The position numbers and the translations under genes are program-made. A stretch of 64,000 bases of DNA from the NCBI RefSeq assembly GCF_006345805.1, contig NC_042997.1, positions 195,610,001 through 195,674,000 on the forward strand. The letters are read 5' to 3'. Position 1 is the first letter of the stretch. Every line of letters starts with the position of its first letter. The notes under the pieces were generated by a model that worked only from the letters and a program-made list of their open reading frames with translations, made no database searches and was not told the DNA's origin. Source of the DNA: Octopus sinensis (taxonomy: Eukaryota). Positions 1 through 13,040 of this stretch are shown here, piece after piece.

Positions 1-140
1 AACCCACTCAGAAGGATTTGGTCGGCTCGAGGCTATAGTAGAAGATACTGGCCGAAGGTTCCACTCAGAGGGGCTGAACCCGAAACCCTGTGGCTGGGAA
101 GCAAGCTTCTTACCACATAGCCACACCTACAGCTACGCCT
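1..140 (-). mobile_element. tRNA-derived SINE family A, 5' part (cut by window edge)
   Basis: Reverse complement matches the head of copies at 13953 and 15511 (gtggctgtgtggtaag...gggttcagtcccac...gccgaccaaagccttgtgagtgg). Confidence 0.8.
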
Positions 141-172
141 ACGTATATATGTTTATATATATATATATATAG

Positions 173-211
<39 letters not shown>

Positions 212-451
212 ATATATGTATATATATGTGTGTGTGTGTGTGTATTATATGTATGTATGTATGTATGTATATATGTATGTATGTATGTATCTATCTATCT
301 ATCTATCTACCTATCTATCTATTTGCATATGCACAGAATGAAATGAATGTTTCATTATCATTAACATAAACCAGAACAGTTGGGTCTAGTTTTCAGATGC
401 TTGTGTATTTGTTTTTGTGTGTATTTAAATATACCAAATATGTATATACAT

Positions 452-810
452 GCAAGCCTCGACGAGAACTCCATAGAGAATCTGCGAGGAGAGTTAAAAA
501 GAAGATGGCCAACTTGCACTTGAGGAACAGCAATTACACGAAGCTGAAGCCAGCTATCAAGACTGCCTGGGTCTCATATCGTATCTAACTGAGCAGTGTC
601 ACAGATTTTCTCTCCCAGTGCTACGAAGCATTCAAGTAATAAACGAAACAAAGAAATCTCAAATAAGCTCTAACTAACAGTCGATATCTATCTTTCAATT
701 TTTAACCAACTTTCTCCATTGTAATATGTTTCTCATGTTCGGATATTACATTTTAATATACTGAGTTATTGGATTGGAACAATCCTTATATGGAGACCGT
801 GAATGTTATC
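452..810 (+). mobile_element. Decayed Tc1/mariner transposase 3' remnant
   Basis: Translates across a frameshift to ENSIENL..VKKKMA...KLKPAIKTAW, resembling the Tc1 C-terminal motif NPIENLW..LK....LK.AI..AW. Confidence 0.45.
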
Positions 811-817
811 TAATAAT

Positions 818-1402
818 CAGTGCTTCTCAATGGGGATCTATATCACCGTTGGGGTTCCATATAAAGGCAAAAGTTTATGAGCATTACATTACTCTTTTAC
901 TCTTTTATTTGTTTCAGTCATTTGACTGCAGCCATGCTGGATCATCGCCTTGAGTCGAGCAAATCGACCCCCTTCCCAGGACTTATTCTTTGTAAGCCTA
1001 GTACTTATTCTATCGGTCTCTTTTTGCCAAACCGCTAAGTTATGGGGACGTAAACACTCCAGCATCGGTTGTCAAGCGATGTTGGGGGGAGGGGGTCAAA
1101 CACAGACACAGACACAGACACACACACACACACACACACGACGAGCTTCTTTCAGTTTCCGGCTACCAAATCCACTAACAAGGCTTTGGTCGGCCAGAGG
1201 CTACTTGCTTAAGGTGCCACGCAGTGGGACTGAACCCGGAACCATGTGGTTCGTACGCAAAATATTTTAATAGTTTTTATAAAATACAATCCCTAATGAT
1301 ATTTAACTATCAAAATACAATAGGATTTTTGTAATACGGGGCCCAGTAGAGAAAAATAGGAATCTAAGGGGTCTACAGACAAAACATGGTTGAGAACTAC
1401 TG
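818..1402. mobile_element. hAT-type MITE interrupted by a SINE
   Basis: Terminal inverted repeats cagtgcttctcaa (818) / ttgagaactactg (ends 1402); SINE A inside; no clean 8-bp TSD seen. Confidence 0.6.
890..1258 (-). mobile_element. SINE family A, near full length
   Basis: Reverse complement of the 13953/15511 copies, internal (CA)n, tail ...gactgaaacaa(a/g)taaaagag. Confidence 0.85.
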
Positions 1403-1511
1403 CTTTAGATCAATAAAATATAAAGAAAAGATTAGAATAGATTAGCGTAGATTAGTATAAATTAGTATAGATTTATTGACACTTATACAACTGAAATTAG
1501 TTGTTTTTATC

Positions 1512-1725
1512 TTTTAGCTTTCATTTGTTTTCAGTCATTTGATTGCGGCCATACTGGGGCACCAACTTGCAAACGCTTAGTCGAACAAATCGATCACAGT
1601 ACTTATTTTTTTTTAAAGTCTGTTACTTATTTCATGAGTCTCGTTTGCCGAACAGGTAATGGTGGAGATGTAAACAAAGCGAGACCGGTTGTTGAGCGGT
1701 GGGAAGGGATAAACAGACACAAAGA
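1512..1725 (-). mobile_element. SINE family A, diverged 3' half
   Basis: gtttcagtcatttgattgcggccat...tagtcgaacaaatcga...gtacttatt motifs shared with the family. Confidence 0.7.
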
Positions 1726-1798
1726 CACACACATATATATATATATACACATACATATATATATGTATATATGTGAATATGAATGCATATATATATAC

Positions 1799-1830
<32 letters not shown>

Positions 1831-1861
1831 GGACATATATATGTATATATGTGAATATGAA

Positions 1862-1898
<37 letters not shown>

Positions 1899-2433
1899 AC
1901 ATATATATGTATATATGTACGTGTATGTATATATATGCATATATGCATATATACATATATATGTATATATATGTGTGTGTGTGTATATATATATGTATAA
2001 TATATATTAATGTTTGTTTTTATGTTCAATTATAATAAACACAATTTTACATTAATCTCATGAGTTACCCAATACTTTTTTAGAATGCAAAATTATTCTT
2101 ATACAAGAATGTATATATATATATATTATATATATAATATATATATATATACATTATATATATATATATTAATAAATAAAACATATGCATATATATAAAC
2201 ATATATGTACGTACCTACCTCTACATGTACATATACACGCATATATGAGTACAGGACACCAAAAAGACGTCGAACACAATGAGAAACGAAAACATAGACA
2301 CAAACCCAAGGAACTGGACATTTTTTTAAACAACAAAAAATAGAGTACAGGACAATTAACACAAAGAAAAAACCCCTTCTTCAGTCGCTATGGTTTCATC
2401 TACTCTACGTTTCGAAATATATATATATATATA

Positions 2434-2505
<72 letters not shown>

Positions 2506-2560
2506 TAGTATGCACACAAGCGAAAGAAAGTGGCAAGAATACATTTGTTTGGAATTACAC

Positions 2561-2701
2561 ATGTTAATTAGTAACAGGTTGATTTAGGCTTCATGCAACT
2601 TAAAGTTTTCTAAGCTCATCAAAAGAACCTTACTCGTTTGACGAGCCTAGGAAACTTTAAGTTGCATGGAACCGAAATCAAACTGTTATTAAGTTACACA
2701 T
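2561..2701. repeat. Imperfect palindrome (~60-bp arms)
   Basis: ttcatgcaacttaaagttttctaagctcatcaaa / tttgacgagcctaggaaactttaagttgcatgga. Confidence 0.8.
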
Positions 2702-3651
2702 AGATACACGAAGTAGTTGGATCTAATCGATTGTGGAAGAATAGTTGTTTAGCCTCTAGTACATGCAGGGCTATATACAAAGCAAAAAGGGTTACGATAA
2801 AGGTCAATAATGCTTATTGATCCATGTACCAAATACGTTTTGCTCCATATAAAAATTATAAATTAAATCTTTATGACAGTTGTTATGCAATTCTAGCATC
2901 AAAATAACTTACGTTGATTATTATGCGATAATTGAATGAGTGAATTGACGAATCAATTATGCAATACATATGTTTCAAAAATATATGGGATCTGTATTAT
3001 TTAACATTAAAACTGTTACGTAATTTTACCATGCATCTTATTTCCAGATACATCTAGTTTGTTTTGCGATACTATTAAATCATGTTTTGGAAAAAATTGA
3101 AATAGAAGCGGTATTCCATTTTTTTTCTTTGACAATCAAACGAGGAAAGGAAAGTAGTTTTCGTAAAAATCCAATCGAATTACATTACCGAGATAGAAAG
3201 ACGTTTATCGTGTTATCTGCGTTGTTTAATATATGATGTGACTTTTAAATATCGAAGATAGAAAATATTATCACTTTGCGATAATAATCCGCACAGGTAG
3301 GCGCCACACTAGAAGGCTTAAGACACTCGAAAAGAATGCTTGTAAATTAGAGATGATAAGGCGAGTTGTAAAAGATCATTAGAAGAAAAATAAGAGGGGA
3401 AAGAAAAATGGAAAAGTATATACATGCACTTAGGTATATATACATATACACACACACATACATATATATGCATATGTATACACAGAGGCCCAATGCAAAC
3501 TCTCTCTCTCACACACAAATATATATCTCATATCTATCTATCTATCTATATATATATATATAAAATATAATATATATATTAAATTATATGCACGCAATGT
3601 ACACACACGCAAGCCAAGAGTTCGTGCGCACACATATATGTATATATATAT

Positions 3652-3712
<61 letters not shown>

Positions 3713-3891
3713 TTATATATATATATATATACATATATACCTGCATGTACATATACACACAGACAATTGAATATACATAAACATACATATACACATAAAT
3801 ATACATATATATTTATCCTTTGTTATGTTTCTACCCACATATTTATAAGGACAAGCGTTTTACCTGAAAATACAGGGGTGGACATACTTAC

Positions 3892-3966
<75 letters not shown>

Positions 3967-4112
3967 TAATATTAAAGGGTAATCTGAAATATTAGAAATT
4001 TCCATTAACAGTGGCCTGGCGTGTAAAACATTTAGTCAATAGACCATATATTATTCATATAAATACAGTGTACATTTAAACACATACCTCTTTTGTGTTT
4101 AAATATATATAT

Positions 4113-4150
<38 letters not shown>

Positions 4151-4317
4151 CAAATTGAGATAGGGGTTGTAAATGCAACCCCCCATGGGATACCATATAT
4201 CCAATATACTGCTAGGTACCCAACAAAGTTAATACATAAATGTTAAGAATTGCGATACAATTAATTCATTTATTGTATTATATGGGCAAAGGTAAAATGT
4301 TTTACCTCAAATTCATA

Positions 4318-4672
4318 ATACAAAATAAGAAAATGGAGAAATACATCGAAATCAAATATCAATTACCAGATAGTACTCAATCACATACTTTATTATACCA
4401 CCACATAAGAAACTATAAGGTTAAACATAATAATGCTGGGTAAAGCAGTGTACATAAAATAGTAATGTTATACAATAAGTAGAATACGTATAATAGAACA
4501 TAAATATAAGTACACATAAATATAACTATTTTATGTACACTCCTTCATATACACTGCTTTACCCTGTATTATTATAGTTTCTTATGTGGTGGTATAATAA
4601 AGTATGTGATTGAGTACTATCTGGTAATTGATATTTGATTTCGATGTATTTCTCCATTTTCTTATTTTGTAT
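4318..4672. repeat. Long near-perfect inverted repeat element
   Basis: Arms give the identical peptide QNKKMEKYIEIKYQLPDSTQSHTLLYHHIRNY on both strands (ORFs 4240+ and 4559-); right end abuts (TA)n. Confidence 0.9.
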
Positions 4673-5833
4673 ATATATATATATATATATATACTTGCGA
4701 ATACATACGTACAAAGCTAATATAAGTTTATATTTATGTATGCTCACAGACGTACGCTTAGAATTAGTAAACATTCTCCTATTTCACCACTTCTAGCGTG
4801 GCGCATACTCGGTGAGTTATGACTGCAAAGTGATAATCGGCTAAGATGTTTGCTAGCCACAACATAAATTAGACAATATAGAGAGCAAAATAAACCTTAA
4901 ACTACTTCTCATTCCTATCTCGATAAAGTAAACCAAGACGTGAGCAGGGGTATGGCTTTTACCAAAAATCATTTCTCATTCCTTGTTAGTTTTTCGTAAA
5001 AAATAGTGTATACTATTCCTATTTTTATTTTTTCCAATGATTCACAACAACATATGATATCGCAACAAAACGTAGTTATACCAGAAGATAAGGTATATGG
5101 TAAAATTATGTAGCATTTTTAATGTTACATAATACATATCCCACACATTTTTGAAACATATGTAGTGCATAACAACTTCTTCCCTTCCCTTCATTCGTTC
5201 ACACACACGCACACATACACAAACACATATTTATATATATATTCCTTTACATGTTTTAGTCATTTGACTGCAGCCATGCTGGAGCACCGCCTTGGTAGTA
5301 TGTATGTGTGTGTGAGTGTGTGTAAATATGTATTTATAAAGCTATATATATCTATGTATATATCTAGCTACGACGTCATACAGAATGTGAGCTGATTTAG
5401 ATAACACATTTTGCGGTGCGTGTAGAAAACGTCCACGCTGAATATTCTACGAAAAGCAGAATATCATTTGAAGCAAAAAAAATTCAAAACCCAACATTAA
5501 CAACAGCAACAACAAACGGAAATGAACAAAAACAAAAAGATTTACGAAAAATCTTTACAAACATATAATGGATTCTATTTGATTTGGTTAAGAGCATATT
5601 TTTTATGGCAAAAAATTAGTTATCTATTTAATTATTAAGAAAGGAAGACGTATAAGGTAATACGATGTATGGTTTCACTTTGCATTACGAGCTAGAAGTC
5701 ATTACACATACACACATACCACACACATATAAACACACACATATAAACACACACACACACACACACACATAGATTAGAGTTCTTTTGCTCTTCAGTTAGT
5801 TTCAGCCTAATACGTATATATATGTCACGCACG

Positions 5834-5879
<46 letters not shown>

Positions 5880-5991
5880 TATACACATACACATATACAT
5901 ATACACACATTTGTACATATAATTCATCCATATCAGCAGAAAAGTAATTAATACATATGTATGCCTGTATATATACGTATGTATATATATA

Positions 5992-6022
<31 letters not shown>

Positions 6023-6233
6023 ATATGTATATATGTACATCTATATATGTGTATGTATATATATGTATATCTATATGTATATATGTATATATGTATATAT
6101 GTATATATGTATATCTATATGTATATATATATATATATACTAGACGCATATATTTTGCATCTACATAATGCATATATAAATATTTATACAAATAATATGC
6201 ATTATACATGATCGTACGTATATAGCGTTCAGG

Positions 6234-6285
<52 letters not shown>

Positions 6286-7393
6286 TGTACGCTATATGGA
6301 GAAGAAAATATAGAAAATATAGCGACCGAATTATTTCTAATAGTGTTAATGGAAAACGTTATGGGTTTTGTAATTTTTTCGACCTATATATATATATATA
6401 TATGTATGTATGCATGTGTGTGTGTGTGTGCGTGAGTGTGTGTGTGAGTGTGTGTGTGAGTGTGTGTGTGTGTGTTTGTGTGTGTATCAAAATATACTGT
6501 ATTGTAAAATGTATTTCTGCCGATCTTAGCAATTAGTTTCGTACTGGAGATTAAACAAACTGATATCAGATAAGCTTGCTGTTAAGTAACATTAGCAGTT
6601 CTTCAGAGATGACAGATATAGAATTATTACATTGGTTTGGAAGAATCTTGAGGTAAATACTGTGTTGCAAAATACCTTTTTGTATCTCGGATGGGTCATT
6701 CTGCTAATAATATACATACGCACTGGTTCTATTTCACTTTTGATATTATTAGTCAATTCGTTAACATTAAATAAATCTATTATTTGATCAAACATTCATT
6801 CTATCAATCATTCTATCACTCTGCTAGACTCATCAAAATATTTCTGTCACCTTTCATGACGTCATCGATGACACTTCCTCTCTGCTCTATGTCTGCTTCA
6901 GGTCGGCCTGTTTAGAAAGACATATTTGAAATGTATAATTATAATAAAAGAAGTGAATTAGTGTGTGTGTTTATTATTAGTGGTGTGACCTTCTCTATAT
7001 AGTATTGAGTCATTGTATTGACGTCAATGTATTGACGAATCAATTATGCAATACATATGTTTCAAAAATATATGGGATCTATATTATTTAACATTCTCTT
7101 TTTACATAACATTCTCTTTTTACATAATAATATATACATATACACATATATATTAGTGAGTTTGTGTGTATGTTTGATATATCTTATGTTAATGGTTGAC
7201 AGTCTATTTTGAATTTCGCCTCGGGCTGGGCTGTTCACGAAGTTAAAATAATATTTTAAGTGTACGGTCCGTAGCTCGGATGTCTTCACCTTTCGTTCTC
7301 TCCTGAAGTCATTAACATACGTACCGGACAAAGTACTGAGATCGATATAATCGATTAAAACCCTTGAAGGTTGCATAATATAGTTTATTTGAA

Positions 7394-7795
7394 GGCGAAG
7401 AGCTGGCAGAATCGTTAGCACGCCGGGCGAAATGCTTACCAGTATTTCGTCTGCCCTTACGAACTGAGTTCAAATTCCGCCGAGGTCGACTTTGCCTTTC
7501 ATCCTTTCGGGGTCGATAAATTAAGTACCAGTTACGCACTGGGGTCGATATAATCGACTAACCCCCTCCCCCCAAATTTTCAGTCCTTGTGCCTAGAGTA
7601 GAAAAGATAAAGATAATATTATAGTTTATTTGAAGGCGAAGAGCTGGCAAAATCGTTCTGAGTTCAAATGCCACCGAGGTCGCCTCTTCCTTTCATCCTT
7701 TTCGGGGTCGATAAGGTAAGTACCAGTTGAGAACTGGGGTTGATGTAATCGACTTATCTCCTCCTCCGAAATTGTTCCAAAATTTGAAACCAATA
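7394..7795 (+). mobile_element. Two tandem copies of SINE family B (Meta/MESC-core-like)
   Basis: ggcgaagagctggcagaatcgttag head, B-box-like gagttcaaattcc, core gcctttcatcctttcggggtcgataa..aagtaccag; tatag(t/a)ttatttg recurs at ~7379, 7620 and 7797. Confidence 0.85.
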
Positions 7796-9174
7796 TTATA
7801 GATTATTTGCTGTTACCAAGGTGAATTGCATCAATATCACTTTTGCACACATCATATTTCAGTTGTTTTGTCGAAATGCCTTATATCTTTACGAATACTT
7901 GAATTAATTTATCATATTTTTATTCTTTCATTATCGCCTACTTTTTTCCGTTTTACATATTTTCTTGTTCTCCTTTAAGTCAACCTTTTTGCCGTTCAAA
8001 CTTCGTAAAGTCCACTCACTCCTCCATTCCACCACACCCAATGCCACTACCCCAACTCCTCAACTACCCTTCACCCTCCCTGATATGCTCCATCCACCCA
8101 CACCCAACCCCCTGTCCCTCCAACCCCCCTCACACATCCTCACACATCCTCACCATCCCTCCTAGCCTTCCACCAGCCCTACCGCCCTTCCTACCTCCAC
8201 CCTATCCACCCCTCCTACTTCTATTCCATCCACCCCTCCTCCACTTCAGTCTGTTGTTACCATTCCCCCAGATCTTCCCCTCTCTGTCGTGGAGCGCTCC
8301 ATCTTCAGTAGGAGTCTGCGTTTCATCCCCCTCACTCCATCCTGTAAGGAATTTCGGACTCGTGCTGATATCCACAGCTTTGTTTGCCGCGTTAGGTTGT
8401 GTTCTTGTCTCACTCTGTCTTTGATATTCTCAGCTCTAAACCCCGGCAGTTTTTGCTGTTGATGCCATCAAATTAAACAATGTTATCGATAAGGTATCGA
8501 AATTGTGATGACTTTTGGTCGATAACTGAAGAGAGGCGAGCGTGTCCATGTACTTGTGTTTCTTTTCTCGTGTTCTTTCCCATGTACTTGTGTTTCTTTC
8601 CCGTGTTCCTTCGTCGTCCCCCTGTGTCACATTTTACGTATCACTTCATCGGTTACTGGACGCGAACCACGCAACCTTAATTCTAAACGCTAGCATCTCA
8701 TCAAGTCAATTAACAAACCATTCTCACACAAAAGATATATAAAGTTAAATATTTTAGTTTTTAAGAAAAATTCTTCAGAGTGTGATATTTGTGTTTCTTC
8801 CTATTTCGACTTTTATGGCGACAAATTTCTCTCGTAAATGACACCACAAATGACAAAATGAAATTTTATGCTGTCGTTCTAATTAACTTTAGTAGAAGAT
8901 TTCACAGAAAGTGACGTCTCGAAAGGAACGGATTTAATGACACAACAAATCTTCCGCATTGTGAGGTTTCCGCTGAACGTTAGTGACGTTAAATAAACAT
9001 TGCGATGGCATATTTACAAATAAGATACACCAAGGCCATTTACTATAATAAATGCCAATTGTAAAATTTAAACATCAGCCTTGCAACCACCACGCTTCGG
9101 GTTCAATTCCACTGGTTGTCGTGAAAAGTAAGATGTTTTAGAAAGTAATTACTCAACCAACATATTTTTTTTTT

Positions 9175-9554
9175 ATCTTTTCGGTTTGATCGGCAGTTTT
9201 TCCTAGCGGTGTCATATGAAATTGTCACTCATAATTATGACCCTAGTATCGATCTATTGCATTTCAATCTGTTTTAGGGTTAGGGGTGGAGGGAAGGGTA
9301 TCTAAACCCAATTTGTTTCTTAAACGAGGGACATATTCATACGGCACAGAATGTTTTCACCTCAATAGACGTCATTGATTGGTTGAAATTGCAGAAATTG
9401 AAACAACAAATATCTTACAAACTATAGAATTTTCTCAATAAAGCCAAGAGAAAAAGATGTTTTATAAACACATTCTACCAGTATATGAAGTTTAATAGTG
9501 TTTAGTTACGTAGAAATTATTTTAAAAAACTGCCGGTCAAACCGAAAAAGATCC
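9175..9554. mobile_element. MITE with ~27-bp TIRs
   Basis: atcttttcggtttgatcggcagttttt / aaaaaactgccggtcaaaccgaaaaagat, sitting in a T-run; internal ttagggttagggg. Confidence 0.75.
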
Positions 9555-9724
9555 TTTTTTAAAATGGTTATTGCATTATATATGTTAAAATTAACTATTA
9601 ATTTTCATGCAGATGGCGTCACTGATTAACTTATTACACGCATGATTTAACTATATCCAAAAATGTGTCATAAGAGTCAATCAATATTTGAGGAATGTAC
9701 TCAGTACAGCTGAAAGTTTTTTCA

Positions 9725-10118
9725 CAACACTGCCGTGGCACTCCGTCGGTTTCGACGATGAGGGTCCCTTTTGATCCGATCAATGGAACAACCTGCTCGT
9801 GAAATTAACGTGCAAGTGGCTGAGTATTCCACAGACACGTGTACCCTTAACGCAGTTCTCGTGGGGAGATTGAGCGTGACACAAAGTGTGACAAGGTTGG
9901 CCCTTTGAAATACAGGTATAACAGAAACAGGAAGAAAGAGTGAAAGAAAGTTGTGGTGAAAGAGTACAGTACGGTTTGTCAACACCTCCCGCCGGAGCCT
10001 CGTGGAGTTTTAAGTGTTTTCGCTCAATAAACACTCACAACGTCCGGTCTGGGAATCGAAACCGCGATCCTGCGACCGCGAGTCTGCTGCCCTAACTACT
10101 GCTCCATTGCGCCTCCAC
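9725..10118 (-). mobile_element. tRNA(Arg-like)-headed SINE family C
   Basis: Reverse complement of 11922-12302; ORF track gives near-identical peptides on opposite strands. Confidence 0.85.
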
Positions 10119-10178
10119 TCAAAATACTGTAGACATAATCGTTGCTGCTAGAATAAATATGTATATATTATACATATG

Positions 10179-10302
10179 TGAAGGCGCGTGGATCAGTGGT
10201 TAGAGAGTCGAGCTCACAATCATGAGGGAGTGAGTTCAAATTCCGGACCGGACTGTGTGTTGTGTCCGTGAGCAAGACTTTTTATTTCACGTTGCTCCAG
10301 TT
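10179..10302 (+). mobile_element. SINE family D 5' fragment
   Basis: gaaggcgcgtggatcagtggttag...gagttcaaattccggacc...gagcaagac..tatttcacgttgctccagttca, shared with 12462. Confidence 0.7.
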
Positions 10303-10569
10303 CATCTTCAGATATTAATTGGCTCCTTTGGCACATTTTTGGATATAGTTAGATCATGCGTGTAATAAGTTACTTAGAGACGCCATCAGCATGAAAAATA
10401 ATAGTTAGTAATAACATATATAATGCAATAACCATTAAAAAGATAAGTTGTTTGAGTAGTCACTTTATAAAGCATTTTCACTTTTCCCGACAACCAGTGG
10501 AACTGAACCAGAATCCTGTACGTGCAAGGCTGATGTTTAAAATTTACCATTGGTATTTATTCTGTTTTT

Positions 10570-11372
10570 TTTTCTATTCTAGGTACAAGGCCCGACATTT
10601 TAGGGGAGGAAGCCAGTCGATAAGACCGACATCAGTACGAAATTGGTACTTTATTTATCGATACTGAAAGGATGAAAGGCAAAGTTGACCTCAGCAGAAT
10701 TTGAACTCAGAACGGAGCGGCAGACGAAATACCGCTAAGTATTTCGCCCGGCGTGCTAACGTTTCTGCCAAGCTCGCCGCCTTGATAAAATATATATTCT
10801 TTTCTACTCTAGGCACAAGGCCCGAAATTTTTTGGGAGGGTCCCAGTCAATTAGATCGACTCCCAGTACGCAAATGGTACTTAATTTATCGAGCCCGAAA
10901 GGAAGAAAGGCAAAGTCGAGCTCGGCGGAATTTGAACTCAGAATGTAACGGCAGACGAAATACCTGTTTCTTTACTACTCACAAGGGGCTAAACACAGAG
11001 GGGACAAACACGGACAGACACACGGATTAAGTCGATTATATCAACCCCAGTGCATAATTGGTACTTATTTAATCGACCCTGAAAGGATGAAAGGCAAAGT
11101 CGACCACGGTGGAATTTGAACTCAGAACGTAGCGGCAGACGAAATACCTGTTTCTTTACTACTCACAAGGGGCTAAACACAGAGGGGACAAACACGGACA
11201 GACAAACGGATTAAGTCGATTATATCAACCCCAGTGCATAATTGGTACTTATTTAATCGACCCTGAAAGGATGAAAGGCAAATCGATCTCGGCGGAATTT
11301 GAACTCAGAACGTAACGGTAGACGAAATACCGCTAAGTATTTCGCCCGGCGTGCTAACGTTTCTGCCAACCC
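10570..11372 (-). mobile_element. Cluster/tandem array of SINE family B units
   Basis: Four repeats of gaaagga(t/a)gaaaggcaaa(g)tcga..cggcggaatttgaactcagaa. Confidence 0.85.
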
Positions 11373-11921
11373 GCTGTTGTACACTTGGTATTTATTATAT
11401 CTACAAAGAAGTTTACGTTTGGAAATGAATCACAAATTCAAGACAGAAAAAAATATCACTTTTGAATGGTTGAATAGGATGAAAGAAGCTTACTAATGAA
11501 CTGACCATTCAGAATAAACCTTATCAAGAATCAGTAACCAGATACAGCTTCATAAATACACATTGGATTTATAGATGAAAAGATTCATTAAAATATTCAG
11601 AGATCAAGTCTTGTACTCCATAGTTACCGTAACGGTTTCTCAACATGCTGCAAACATAAGAAGAAAAACAAAAAAAAAGTATGTTTAGAAGCATAAAGAG
11701 ATGCTTAATAAGCATATATTTAATCTTACCTTGAGAGGCGACCCTCCTGTGGTTAAATTACCGAACTCTCGTCCGTAGATTGGAAAGAGGACCAAACAAG
11801 CTAGTTTCGGCTCTTATTAAAGACACATCAAAGTGCATTACTTCTGTTTTCTAAATTGTAGATTTAGAAATTGTAGATTTAGTAATTGTAGATTAGCGTG
11901 AGGCTTATTTATACAACCAGG

Positions 11922-12302
11922 GTGGAGGCGCAATGGCCCAGTGGTTAGGGCAGCTGACTCGCGGTCATAGGATTGCGGTTTCGATTCCCAGACCGGGCGC
12001 TGTGAGTGTTTATTGAGCGAAAACACCTAAAGCTCCACGAGGCTCCGGCAGGGGATGGTGGTGATCCCTGCTGTGCTCTTTCACCACAACTTTCTCTCAC
12101 TCTTACTTCCTGTTTCTGTTGTACCTGTATTTCAAAGGGCCGGCCTTGTCACTCTCTGTGTCACGCTGAATATCCCCGAGAACTACGTTAAGGGTACGCG
12201 TGTCTGTGGAGTGCTCAGCCACTTACACGTTAATTTCACGAGCAGGCTGTTCCGTTGATTCAGATCAACTGGAACCCTCGTCGTCGTAACCGACGGAGTG
12301 CT
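11922..12302 (+). mobile_element. SINE family C, full length with TSD
   Basis: A-box tggcccagtgg, B-box-like ggtttcgattcc; atttatacaacc duplicated at ~11907 and ~12310. Confidence 0.9.
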
Positions 12303-12461
12303 TCCATCCATTTATACAACCGACAAGGTTACGTCAAATATAAACTTGTGAAGATGAATCTAGCCGGTTCGCTTCTTGTTCTAATTCGCAGAAAGTTCTC
12401 CATTCTAACAAGAGGACCTACATTCACTGCTGGAATAAAAATGCATATATTACACATATGT

Positions 12462-13040
12462 GAAGGCGCATGAGTCAGTGGTTAGGGTGTCGAGCTCACA
12501 ATCATGAGGTTGTGAGTTTAATTTCCGTAGCGGATTCTGTGTTGTGGTCGTGAGCAAGATATTTTATTTCACGTTGCTCCAGTTCACCCAGCTGTGGAAT
12601 GAGTTGTGACGTCACTGGTTCCAAGTTGTATCGGTCTTTGCATTTTCCTTGGATAAAATCAGTGGCATGAAGAAGGGGAGGTTGGTGTGGATGGGCGACG
12701 AGCTGGCAGAAACGGTAGCACGCCGGGCGAAATGCGTAACCGTATTTCGTCTGCCGCTACATTCTTAGTTCAAATTCCGCCGAGGTCGACTTTGCCTTTC
12801 ATCCTTTCGGGGTCGATTAAATAAGTACCAGTTACGCCCTGGGGTCGATATAATCGACTTAATACCTATGTCTGTCCTTGTTTGTCCCCTCTGTGTTTAG
12901 CCCCTTGTGGGTAATAAAGAAATAGGTATGGATGAGCGATTGCTGGTCTTCCATAAACAACCTTGCCCGGACTTGTGCCTTGGGGTAGGGGTAACTTTCT
13001 AAGTGCAATCCCATGGTCATTCATAACCGAAGGGGATCTT
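12462..13040 (+). mobile_element. SINE family D with SINE B nested at ~12694-12925
   Basis: D head/body interrupted at ggtgtggatgggcga and resumed at ggtatggatgagcga. Confidence 0.8.

Larger units (their letters stand above)
9045..10560. mobile_element. Old foldback element with ~260-bp inverted arms, interrupted by younger insertions
   Basis: 9045-9170 plus 9555-9700 is reverse-complementary to 10303-10560. Confidence 0.7.

Noticed and set aside
6592-6795. 67-aa minus-strand ORF as a transposase or host exon
   Set aside because: No diagnostic motif recognisable
7965-8424. Pro/Leu-rich ORFs
   Set aside because: Arise from a C/T-rich low-complexity tract
9272-9290. Telomeric repeat
   Set aside because: Only two TTAGGG units, internal to a MITE
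10570-11372. Regularly repeated units as a CRISPR array
   Set aside because: Units are ~170-200-bp SINE segments without unique spacers; no cas genes; eukaryotic context
11790-11836. Hammerhead-like UUGAUGU-GUCUU..AAGAG-CCGAAACUAG on the minus strand
   Set aside because: Multiple core mismatches and no stem I or UH; at best a relic
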